DNA of 14,234 bases from a bacterium (GTDB lineage: Bacteria; JACPSX01), in the NCBI GenBank assembly GCA_035288405.1, contig DATEAK010000276.1, positions 1 to 14,234 of the forward strand, in the 5' to 3' direction. Shown piece by piece: positions 1 through 6,953 of the stretch. A model generated the notes under the pieces. The model was not told where the DNA came from and searched no databases. It worked only from the letters and a program-made list of their open reading frames with translations. Each line of letters begins with the position of its first letter. Positions within the stretch are counted from its first letter, which is position 1. A program made the translations under genes and the position numbers.

Positions 1-257
1 ACAAGCTCCGCCACCTGCTCGTACGAGACTCCTCCTCTCTCTCGGGCCGGTCGTTTCGTCATTGCCATGACGAATGCTTTTTCAACCCCTCCCTCGTCCA
101 TTTCGCGGATGGACTCTTCGGGACTCACGACGGTACTGAACGCTTCCGCCCCAAAAAGACGGTCCAGTCCGCCCCTCTGAATCGGGCTCCATTGCGCATG
201 TTCGGCGCCCAGGTGGCGGAGATCGGTCGCAACATCGATTGCCAGGAGGTCGCTCAT
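1..257 (-). CDS. amidohydrolase-2-like TIM-barrel hydrolase; 5' end only, gene runs off the window
   Basis: Not in the ORF track because it has no stop inside the window. Minus-strand ATG at 257-255 sits ~7 nt after GGAGGA (GAGGGAGGACCAAACATC-ATG). Translation: MSDLLAIDVATDLRHLGAEHAQWSPIQRGGLDRLFGAEAFSTVVSPEESIREMDEGGVEKAFVMAMTK... The ...EEsIrEMDEgGVEKAFVm segment resembles the ...eemdaaGIdkavl segment of PF04909-type amidohydrolases. It starts 22 nt after the MaoC stop, same strand. Confidence 0.4.
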   Translation of the reverse strand, partial: MSDLLAIDVATDLRHLGAEHAQWSPIQRGGLDRLFGAEAFSTVVSPEESIREMDEGGVEKAFVMAMTKRPARERGGVSYEQVAEL

Positions 258-278
258 GATGTTTGGTCCTCCCTCTCG

Positions 279-1403
279 TTAAGATTCCCGGCTGTGCAGC
301 CCCACAGTAGCCGTCCCTGTGACGGTAGTTTCCTTGCGCTGGTTTTCCGTCCACAGCTCGCAGTCGACCAGGCACTCGCTGCCCTCTTTGCGTTTGCCTG
401 TAATCCGTCCGCGACACCAGGTCGTATCTCCGAACAGGTTGGGACGCTCGATCTTCACCTGGAGACGTTTGAGAAACCCGTCATCCCCCATCCAATTCGT
501 CAGGAGGTGGCCCATCCAACTGATGCGTTGGTGGCCCACATCGTAGGCCCCGGGCATGCCGATGATTTCCCGGGCGACCCTCTCATCCAGGTGCCCCACG
601 GCAGCGTTGATGAGTTCGCCCTGGGCGTTGCGGTAAAACATCTTGTCGCCCTTATAGGGATCCAGATAGGATCGCTCCAGAGCCTTGAAGGGCGTAGGAT
701 AACCGAGGCCCGCCATGTAACAAACCATGTCCACGAGGTTCAGGGGACCTTTGACCACGGGAGTGATCAGGTCCCCCGCATTCACCTCTTCCCAGAATCG
801 GGTCTTGGATCCTCTCATTTCTTCGCGCAGAACGTCCTGGCGAATAGCTTCCAGTTGTTCCTCGGTGTAGGTCTGTCTGCGCGCCTCCTGGCGCATATGA
901 CCCTCGGCTCCAACCCGGGGAATGCGGAGTGTGCGTCCCAAAGCACGGGCAAGGAGCTTGCCGTCCTGCCGGGTGTAGGTAACTTCCCCCACCTGAATCA
1001 GGAAACGTTCCACTTTTTTCCCGCGATGTTCCTCTACGTCTACGATCCGCACGCATGGGGTAATGCCGTCACCGGCACGCGCCACATCGTAAAAAGTCCA
1101 ATCGGTTCCTCCGAAGATGAGCTGGATGCCTCCGAGCCCGGGGGCTACGATCGTCGTGTCAACGGTGTGCAGGAAAGTGGGCGGGGCAATCGTGCAGCCG
1201 TAAGGGCTTTTCTTGCCGTAATCCCGGCTGCACCAGAGAGGATTTTCGTCTCCGATTCCGTGGGCGTAGTGACGGATCGCGTCTTGACTCGCCTCCTCGT
1301 TCCATTGGTTTCCGGGTTTCGCTCGCACCACTTCCTGACCGATCATGGCGCGGGCTTCCTGAACCAGCTCGTCCGTCAAGGGAATTGGCTGGACACCTGA
1401 CAT
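279..1403 (-). CDS. MaoC-like / FAS1-type double hot-dog (R)-specific enoyl-CoA hydratase/dehydratase
   Basis: Track ORF is 279..1514. The likely true start is the internal ATG at 1403-1401 (MSGVQPIPLTDELVQEARAMIGQEV...), preceded by GGAGGAACCAAGTG. The ATG overlaps the IclR stop as TGATG. The ~374-aa product has an N-terminal non-catalytic hot-dog half and a C-terminal MaoC-like half (…GDDGFLKRLQVKIERPNLFGDTTWCRGRITGKRKE…). Confidence 0.75.
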   Translation of the reverse strand: MSGVQPIPLTDELVQEARAMIGQEVVRAKPGNQWNEEASQDAIRHYAHGIGDENPLWCSRDYGKKSPYGCTIAPPTFLHTVDTTIVAPGLGGIQLIFGGTDWTFYDVARAGDGITPCVRIVDVEEHRGKKVERFLIQVGEVTYTRQDGKLLARALGRTLRIPRVGAEGHMRQEARRQTYTEEQLEAIRQDVLREEMRGSKTRFWEEVNAGDLITPVVKGPLNLVDMVCYMAGLGYPTPFKALERSYLDPYKGDKMFYRNAQGELINAAVGHLDERVAREIIGMPGAYDVGHQRISWMGHLLTNWMGDDGFLKRLQVKIERPNLFGDTTWCRGRITGKRKEGSECLVDCELWTENQRKETTVTGTATVGLHSRES

Positions 1404-2323
1404 CACTTGGTTCCTCCGGTTGGGGTTAAACTTTTTGTTGCGGGGTTGAAAGCGGGGAAAACGAGCTTCTTGCCCGGGAATCCTATTTTCTGCGACAACT
1501 CGAGAGCCGCGCAAACAGCCGCCTGCCCGAGGGACTCGAAATCGCCGTCGAGGAACTGAGCAGCCGGCCTTCCAATGCCGATGGCACCCATCACCGCGCC
1601 GGATTGATCCAGCACCGGAGCAGCCACTGCCCTCACACCCGGAAGGGATTCGTTCCTGTTCGTGGCGTAACCTCTCCGGCGCACCCGTTCCAATTCTTGC
1701 AGAAGGAGCTTCGTGGAAACGATGGTCTCACGTGTGAAGGGACGAAGCGGGGATTTCTTCAGGAGCACTTTCACCTCAGCACCACTACATCCGGCCAGTA
1801 GAGCCTTTCCAATCGCGCCATAATGAATCGGACGCTGGTCCCCTTCGATGATGATCAGACGGACCTGGTCGGGGCTTTCAACGGCAGCCACGGTCACCTG
1901 GGTCAATTCCTCTCGATCGGCGACTCGGAAGAACACAGTGGCGCGATGGCGGGCGGCCACGGGCTTCAGGACGGGATTGGCCAGGTCACAGAGGTACTGA
2001 AAGTTGCGGACTCGCCTGCCCAGCTCGAACAGCTTGAGACCCAGGCAATACTTTCCGTTCGGTTCCTGTTGTTCCAGAAAGTGTCGCCCCACGAGCGTAC
2101 GCAGCGCTTTGTGCGCTCGGCTCTTGTGCAGCCCAAGACGACGGCTGATTTCGGTGACGCCCAGCTCTTTCTCGGGCCCGAGAAAGCATTCGAGGATGCG
2201 AAGGCCCACATCGAGCCCTTGGGCTAGATAAAGGGTCGTCTTCCGGCGACGAGGCGGTGAAGAAGTTGGCACTGAGTCCGTCCCCTCCGGGGGTAGAGAG
2301 TATAAGTGCAACTGCGATCCCAT
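1403..2323 (-). CDS. IclR-family transcriptional regulator
   Basis: N-terminal wHTH LAQGLDVGLRILECFLGPEKELGVTEISRRLGLHKSRAHKALRTLVGRHFLEQQ followed by an IclR-type C-terminal effector domain. Start is uncertain: no SD before ATG 2323. An internal GTG (residue 18) lies ~9 nt after GGAGGGG and is an alternative. Confidence 0.8.
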   Translation of the reverse strand: MGSQLHLYSLPPEGTDSVPTSSPPRRRKTTLYLAQGLDVGLRILECFLGPEKELGVTEISRRLGLHKSRAHKALRTLVGRHFLEQQEPNGKYCLGLKLFELGRRVRNFQYLCDLANPVLKPVAARHRATVFFRVADREELTQVTVAAVESPDQVRLIIIEGDQRPIHYGAIGKALLAGCSGAEVKVLLKKSPLRPFTRETIVSTKLLLQELERVRRRGYATNRNESLPGVRAVAAPVLDQSGAVMGAIGIGRPAAQFLDGDFESLGQAAVCAALELSQKIGFPGKKLVFPAFNPATKSLTPTGGTK

Positions 2324-2452
2324 CTGTTCTTGTATGGGAAAGCGAGTTTCGAGTTTAATCTTCTTGGCGCTGGATTGTAAACGGAAAAATTCAATGCCCC
2401 AACCCTATCCCAGAGGGAGAGGGAGAATCCATGTCCTGTCAAAATACGAGTC

Positions 2453-2526
2453 ATGGCCGCGGGCTCCTTGCGGTGGCATTTGTCGCAGTTCTCCTGGACG
2501 TTGTGGCCACCGAAACGGCGGCACAT
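2453..2526 (-). pseudogene. relic duplicate of the 3' end of the multihaem cytochrome gene (…GGHNVQENCDKCHRKEPAAM…)
   Basis: Nucleotides 2453-2526 are ~79% identical to 4139-4201, the 3' end of the cytochrome at 4106-4678, in the same orientation. Translation MCRRFGGHNVQENCDKCHRKEPAAM parallels ACASCHNTQENCQKCHRKQPTAM. A GGAGGAACT-ATG lies at 2526, but the downstream reading frame is low-complexity and runs into the IclR start region. It sits inside spurious track ORF 2224..2733. Confidence 0.4.
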
Positions 2527-2558
2527 AGTTCCTCCGCGGAAGGCCGCGGTAATCAGCC

Positions 2559-2587
2559 TTGACATTGCGCGGGCAAGGAAATAGAGT
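2559..2587 (+). promoter_or_regulatory. sigma70-like promoter candidate TTGACA-N17-TAGAGT upstream of the nucleotidyltransferase gene
   Basis: TTGACA at 2559-2564, a 17-nt spacer, then TAGAGT at 2582-2587, ~95 nt upstream of the 2684 start on the same strand. Sequence match only. Confidence 0.3.
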
Positions 2588-2683
2588 TGTTTCAAAGGAT
2601 TATGTTCGCGGATTGTTCCTGGTTGGAATGTGGGAACCGACGGCTGCGGGAATCGTGTTGGGAAGTGATCATCACTACGGGGG

Positions 2684-3037
2684 ATGCTTGTTGTGGCAAG
2701 ATCCAGGCAAGTGAAGAGTAGCCGGCCTCTCAAAGGGATTCTTCGGGAGCTTGCGCAGGCACTAAAAGACCGATACGGGGAGAAATTTGTGGGTCTCTGG
2801 CTCTATGGATCCCAGGCCCGCGGTCAGGCCCACGACCAATCAGACGTCGACCTTTTGTTGCTCCTGCGGGGAGAAGTCCGACCCTCAAAAGAAATTGACC
2901 GGATTGCCGACCTGCTGGCCGATTTTAACCTGCGGTACGGAGAACTCCTGTCGGTTCTCCCTGTACATGAGCAGACTTTCAAGAACGGCGACGGCCCTTT
3001 CTGGCGCAACGTGCGCCGGGAAGGCAAGGCCGCATGA
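2684..3037 (+). CDS. MntA-like minimal nucleotidyltransferase (Pol-beta superfamily), toxin-antitoxin-associated type
   Basis: Motif GSQARGQAHDQSDVDLLLLL matches the G-S-x(n)-D-x-D nucleotidyltransferase signature. Size is ~115 aa. The ATG at 2684 has a poor SD; GTG at 2693 preceded by GGGGGA is an alternative start. The stop overlaps the next gene as ATGA. Confidence 0.75.
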   Translation: MLVVARSRQVKSSRPLKGILRELAQALKDRYGEKFVGLWLYGSQARGQAHDQSDVDLLLLLRGEVRPSKEIDRIADLLADFNLRYGELLSVLPVHEQTFKNGDGPFWRNVRREGKAA

Positions 3038-3444
3038 TTGAACGGGAAGGCTTGATCCACAAGGCCCGGCGCTTCCTAATGAAGAAAGTACCGCCTAACG
3101 GAGCCCGGAGGAAAGATAACGGGATGCGTGCCGAATATGATTTCGCAGGCGGAATGCGCGGCAAGCACCATCGGGCCATGCAAGCCGGATATACAGTTAC
3201 GATTCATCAGGCGGATGGTACATCCGTCACTGAGGAGGTAAGACCTAAGGAAGGCGTAGTCATCCTAGCGCCAGATGTACGGGAGTACTTCCCGGACGCT
3301 GAGTCGGTGAACACAGCTTTGCGCTTGCTCATTAGGCTCATTCCTGACGAGCGTACCTCCGCTGCGAAAAGGGCGAAGAGTCGCGACGCGAGACGCCCGG
3401 ATGCCTTCCCCGGTGGCCGGAAATCGACCACGAAGAGGAGATAA
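3034..3444 (+). CDS. DUF4415/BrnA-like putative antitoxin-type protein
   Basis: The M-R-A-EYDF-AGG-M-RGK-H motif and …VVILAPDVREYFPDAESVNTALRLLIRL resemble the eYDFskakrGk / …v.irLd.dvleyf….iN.aLr… pattern of BrnA/DUF4415 proteins. The ATG at 3034 overlaps the upstream stop as ATGA. An internal ATG at 3124 (GGAGGA 11 nt upstream) would give a more typical ~106-aa product. No HEPN Rx4-6H motif is present, so it is not a HepT partner. Confidence 0.45.
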   Translation: MIEREGLIHKARRFLMKKVPPNGARRKDNGMRAEYDFAGGMRGKHHRAMQAGYTVTIHQADGTSVTEEVRPKEGVVILAPDVREYFPDAESVNTALRLLIRLIPDERTSAAKRAKSRDARRPDAFPGGRKSTTKRR

Positions 3445-3522
3445 GGGTAAATTGACTTCCGACTTATTTTCCAGGTCCAGGGGCTGGGTCAAAGGCCCTC
3501 GGTGAGATAGTGGAGGAGGACA

Positions 3523-3762
3523 ATGCCGAAGATTGAGGTAAACGAGGAGCAAATTCTGATTGCCCTGGAGCAGCTTTCTCCGGCGGCCAGACGGGTCGCA
3601 CTCGGCAAGCTGATTGGCGGCCTGGAAAGGCTCGACCGTCTGGTGGACCGAAACCGGGAAAAGATCGAGAGCATCTGTCGCGACCGAGGACTGGACTTTT
3701 CCCGACTCACGGAAGAAGAGCGCGAGGCACTGGTGGATGAGATTCTCCATACAGGTGCCTAG
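3523..3762 (+). CDS. small helical protein, putative antitoxin of the downstream PIN remnant
   Basis: Strong SD GGAGGAGGA directly before the ATG at 3523. The 79-aa product is charged, coiled-coil-like and has no TM. Its stop TAG at 3760-3762 is immediately followed by the GTG of the PIN fragment. Confidence 0.45.
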   Translation: MPKIEVNEEQILIALEQLSPAARRVALGKLIGGLERLDRLVDRNREKIESICRDRGLDFSRLTEEEREALVDEILHTGA

Positions 3763-3933
3763 GTGAAGGTTGTCCTGGACACCAACATCAATAAATTCCT
3801 CGAAACAGCTCAGGTCTCCGGCGCCACTTATATTATCTCTGGCGATCACCACCTTCTGAGTCTGGGAACATTTGCTAACATTTCTGTGATTCGAGCCCGC
3901 GCCTTTCTTGACACACTTGGTCCCAACGAGTAG
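3763..3933 (+). pseudogene. PIN-domain toxin remnant with in-frame internal deletion
   Basis: Starting from the GTG: VKVVLDTNI|NKFLETAQVSGATYIISGDHHLLSLGTFANISVIRARAFL…*. The N-terminal vvlDTN strand is fused directly to the C-terminal DNKFLE…A.YlvTgDkdLL……iltP.eFl segment of PIN_3-type toxins. About 80 central residues, including the catalytic acidic residues, are missing. At 56 aa it is below the track threshold. Confidence 0.5.
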
Positions 3934-4105
3934 AGGTTGCACAGAAGTATTTGCGGGTTCTTGATAAACTGGTGCGGGCGTACGGTCGGGCAAACCTGTC
4001 CATAACCGTCGATGGTGGAAAGTTTCGACAGTGAAACACCTTCCCTTTGGCCTCTTTCCTGGGGCAGGAGGAAAGGCTTCAGGAAAAGCAGACGGGTGAA
4101 GCGGT

Positions 4106-4678
4106 CTAGCTCGCTGATTTGTTCCCGGCTGCCGGGGCCATGGCTGTGGGCTGCTTGCGGTGACACTTCTGGCAGTTTTCCTGGGTATTGTGGCAGCTTG
4201 CACATGCCTCCATGGAAGGCCGGTTCGTCGGTGTGATGCGGGCGTCGTGGGCGATGTTCACGTGACATTGCACGCAGGCGACTCCCATGTCGCCGGCGTG
4301 AAGCTTGTGAGGAATCTTGATCCCCTACACGTTGACTCGCATGATTCTGGGCTCGCCGTTTCCCACTTCCTTGTGGCAACTGCGGCACTTCTTGTCCACG
4401 TCACCGGGATCCGCTGAGAAGCTCTGCGGGAAACCTTGAGCAATGGGAAACTTGGCCTTGCCGTGGCAGCCGATGCAGGGAATTTTGGAGGTGTGCCCTG
4501 TAGCGGAGACTGCAAGAGGTGTGGCCCCCTGACCGTGGCAGGTCAGGCAAAAGCTCGGATTGCCGGAGGAGTAGCGGATCAGAGACAGAGTTCCCACGAT
4601 ACTGAGAACGATCGCAGCCACGCCTCCTAGGAGGATGGGGCCGCGCCAGCGATGAGGGATGCGGATCCCGGGATTCAT
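4106..4678 (-). CDS. membrane-anchored NapC/NirT/NrfH-like multihaem cytochrome c (six CxxCH), interrupted by an in-frame TAG at 4325-4327
   Basis: Track ORFs 4325..4678 and 4106..4288 are in the same frame, separated by a single TAG (4327-4325) plus 12 sense codons (…RIMRVNV*GIKIPHKLHAGDMGVACVQCH…). There is an N-terminal TM helix, an SFCLTCH first-haem motif typical of NapC/NrfH, and then CIGCH, CRSCH | CVQCH, CASCH, CQKCH. SD GGAGGAAAACAATA precedes the ATG at 4678. There is no SD before the internal Met at 4288. Confidence 0.75.
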
Positions 4679-4692
4679 TATTGTTTTCCTCC

Positions 4693-6951
4693 TTACACCT
4701 TGGCTACTTCGACTTCAGTTTCCATCCAGGCGTATTCCTGGCTCACCGGATCTTCCTTTTTCGGAACGATGGCGTTTAGATAAATTCCGCTGCCTTGTCC
4801 CTCCCACCAGACCAGGAGGGTGTCGGGATCACTGCTCTTGAAGCTCTTGCCCCGGGCAATGCGGCCGTGCCCCCAGTGCCCGAAGCCTTCCGCACAGGCC
4901 ACCACCTGAGGGTGAACTCCCTGGCTGATCCGTACTTTCTGCGTGACGGTGCCGTTCGCAGTTTTCAGGCGCACCTGATCCCCCTCCCGCACATGCAGAG
5001 CTGCGGCGGTTTCAGGATGGAGCCACAGGGGGTTGTCATGCTGGATCTCGGCGAGCCACTTGCAGGCCGCGGTGCGAGACCCTCCGCGCACGGTGCCCTT
5101 GAAAGTGGCGAGCATGAGCCGGCCGTTCGTGCGCCCGTTTTTTTCGGGCTCATAGCTCGGCAATCCTGCGAATCCCTGGCGGTGCATGGCCTCGGAGTAA
5201 ACTTCAAAGCGGCGAGAGGCGGTCTTGAACCCTTTTCCCCGATACTGCCGGAATCGGGGCTTTGCTTTTTCGTTAAACCATACCCCTTTTTTCTTGAGGG
5301 CTTCAAACCCTCCGGCCCCGGCCAGTCCGTCGATCTTCGGGGCCACCTTTTCCAGGTAGTCTTCAAAACTCCGGTAGGGGAAGAACGGTTCGACTCCGGG
5401 GATTCGGCGCGCCAGATCCAGGCACACCTCGGTAAATGGTTTTACCTTGGGGGGAGGCGTGACGAGGGGTTGCCGCAAACTCACGTACGGTACGTGTTCG
5501 AAGCTGGGGCCTGACTCCAGATCCCAACGCTCGAGATAGGTGGCGTCGGGCAGGACCAAGTCGCACAAGATTGCGGTCTCGCTCATGAAGGTGTCCACTG
5601 CCACCGAGTAGGGAATGAGCCGCTCGTCCTTGAAGACTTGAGTGATGGACCCCGAGTCCGGGGAAGCGTAAACGGGGTTGGCGGTGTAGGCCAGGTAAAT
5701 TCCAACTTTGATTTTTCGGCGGGCAATGTCCGAGAACAGGTTGTTGTGGTGGAAGGGAGAAGCCTGGCTTACCTTGGGAGGCACCGGTGTCAGGTCCGGG
5801 ATCGCAGCTCGCCGAGGGAAACAGGGACCGCCGGGCACGTCGACGTTTCCGATCACGGCGTTCAGAAGCGCAACGCAGCGCTCGTTCTGTGTTCCCTGCT
5901 GCCGCATGGAAACTCCGCGACCCGTGAGTGTGGTCGCCGGCTTCGTGGTTGCAAACTCGCGGGCCAGCCTCCGGATCACTGCTGCCGGCACCCCGCTTAC
6001 CTTCTGGGCGGCTTCGGGCGTGTAGGGATCCAGGTGGCGGCGCATGTGAACCAGGGGGAAGTTCGTCCACTCTTCTAGAAACTGCCGGTCGTGGAGTCCT
6101 TCCTCGATGATGGTGCGGGCCATGGCCATGGCCACGAACCCGTCCGTTCCCGGAGTGATCGGGTACCACTCATCGCTGCGCCCCGAGGTGTTCGAGATGC
6201 GCACGTCGAAGGTGACCAGGCGGGCGCCGTTCATGCGAGCCTCGTTGAGGCGCTGGATGAGAGGCAGATGGAAGAGATAGGCCTCGTAAGGATTGCCGCC
6301 GAAGTTGAGGATGTATTTGCTACGGGAGATGTCGGGAATCAGCACATCCTCGCCGTAGGTGAGAAGAGAGGCTGTCTCCCGACTGGCGCCGCCCAGGGAA
6401 GTCTCCAGTGTGTCCGAGGAAGTTCCATAGGCATGCAGGAAGCGCCGCACGAAGTTCAGCGTGGCGTTCTCCTTGGACTTGAAGTTTCCCTGGAAGATGA
6501 AGCGGTCCGCCTGTCCTTTCGCCTTGAGCTCCTGCAGCTTGGTCGAGAGTTCCTGAATCGCCTGATCCCAGGAGATCTGTTCCCAGCGCATCTCCCCGCG
6601 CTTGCCCGTGCGCTTGAGGGGGAACAGGAGGCGATCCGGATTGTTCACCAGGTTGGTGCCCGCCTGGCCCCGGGCGCAGAGTTTGCCCCGATTATTGGGA
6701 TGCAGGGGATTACCCTCGATTTTCACCAGCCGCCCTGAGTTAGTATCCACGTAACCCAGGATGCCGCAGCCTGCCGCGCACTGAAAGCAGGTACTGGGGA
6801 TGGCGACCCGGGCTTTGCCGGTGGTACGTGATACTTCCTCTCCTCCCGGTTTGAGCTCCTGGCCGAGACCGGGCAGGGGAAGCATCTCCCCCAGGGCCAG
6901 AATTCCCGCCCCGCCGATTCCAAACTTAAGAAACCTTCTGCGATCAATCAT
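4693..6951 (-). CDS. Tat-exported molybdopterin (bis-MGD) oxidoreductase catalytic subunit, PsrA/PhsA/TtrA family
   Basis: N-terminal twin-arginine signal MIDRRRFLKFGIGGAGILALG. FS0 [4Fe-4S] motif CFQCAAGCGI…(27)…C. The 752-aa length matches PhsA/PsrA. Its start lies 2 nt after the SPFH stop (TAACGATG). Confidence 0.9.
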   Translation of the reverse strand: MIDRRRFLKFGIGGAGILALGEMLPLPGLGQELKPGGEEVSRTTGKARVAIPSTCFQCAAGCGILGYVDTNSGRLVKIEGNPLHPNNRGKLCARGQAGTNLVNNPDRLLFPLKRTGKRGEMRWEQISWDQAIQELSTKLQELKAKGQADRFIFQGNFKSKENATLNFVRRFLHAYGTSSDTLETSLGGASRETASLLTYGEDVLIPDISRSKYILNFGGNPYEAYLFHLPLIQRLNEARMNGARLVTFDVRISNTSGRSDEWYPITPGTDGFVAMAMARTIIEEGLHDRQFLEEWTNFPLVHMRRHLDPYTPEAAQKVSGVPAAVIRRLAREFATTKPATTLTGRGVSMRQQGTQNERCVALLNAVIGNVDVPGGPCFPRRAAIPDLTPVPPKVSQASPFHHNNLFSDIARRKIKVGIYLAYTANPVYASPDSGSITQVFKDERLIPYSVAVDTFMSETAILCDLVLPDATYLERWDLESGPSFEHVPYVSLRQPLVTPPPKVKPFTEVCLDLARRIPGVEPFFPYRSFEDYLEKVAPKIDGLAGAGGFEALKKKGVWFNEKAKPRFRQYRGKGFKTASRRFEVYSEAMHRQGFAGLPSYEPEKNGRTNGRLMLATFKGTVRGGSRTAACKWLAEIQHDNPLWLHPETAAALHVREGDQVRLKTANGTVTQKVRISQGVHPQVVACAEGFGHWGHGRIARGKSFKSSDPDTLLVWWEGQGSGIYLNAIVPKKEDPVSQEYAWMETEVEVAKV

Positions 6952-6953
6952 CG

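Noticed and set aside
192-1400. 402-aa plus-strand ORF
   Set aside because: Exactly antisense to the MaoC-like gene, which has clear domain signatures and SD. Pro/Arg/Gly-rich composition is typical of spurious antisense frames in GC-rich DNA.
2224-2733. 169-aa minus-strand ORF treated as one gene
   Set aside because: Only its central ~25 codons (the cytochrome-like relic) are meaningful. The rest is low-complexity and overlaps the IclR start and promoter region. The SD-less longest-ORF start is implausible.
4047-4074. Imperfect hairpin (TTTCCTG…CAGGAGGAAA) downstream of the cytochrome stop
   Set aside because: The stem is bulged, there is no following U-run on the transcribed strand, and the terminator call is too weak.
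3265-4388. 312-aa and 180-aa minus-strand ORFs across the toxin-antitoxin island
   Set aside because: No SD or domain signal. Arg/Pro/Ser-rich. They overlap better-supported plus-strand genes and the cytochrome 3' end.
5363-6738. 268-aa minus-strand ORF and 215-aa, 146-aa and 105-aa plus-strand ORFs inside the Mo-subunit gene
   Set aside because: Out-of-frame or antisense to a 752-aa gene with unambiguous Tat signal and FS0 motifs. Composition is artefactual.
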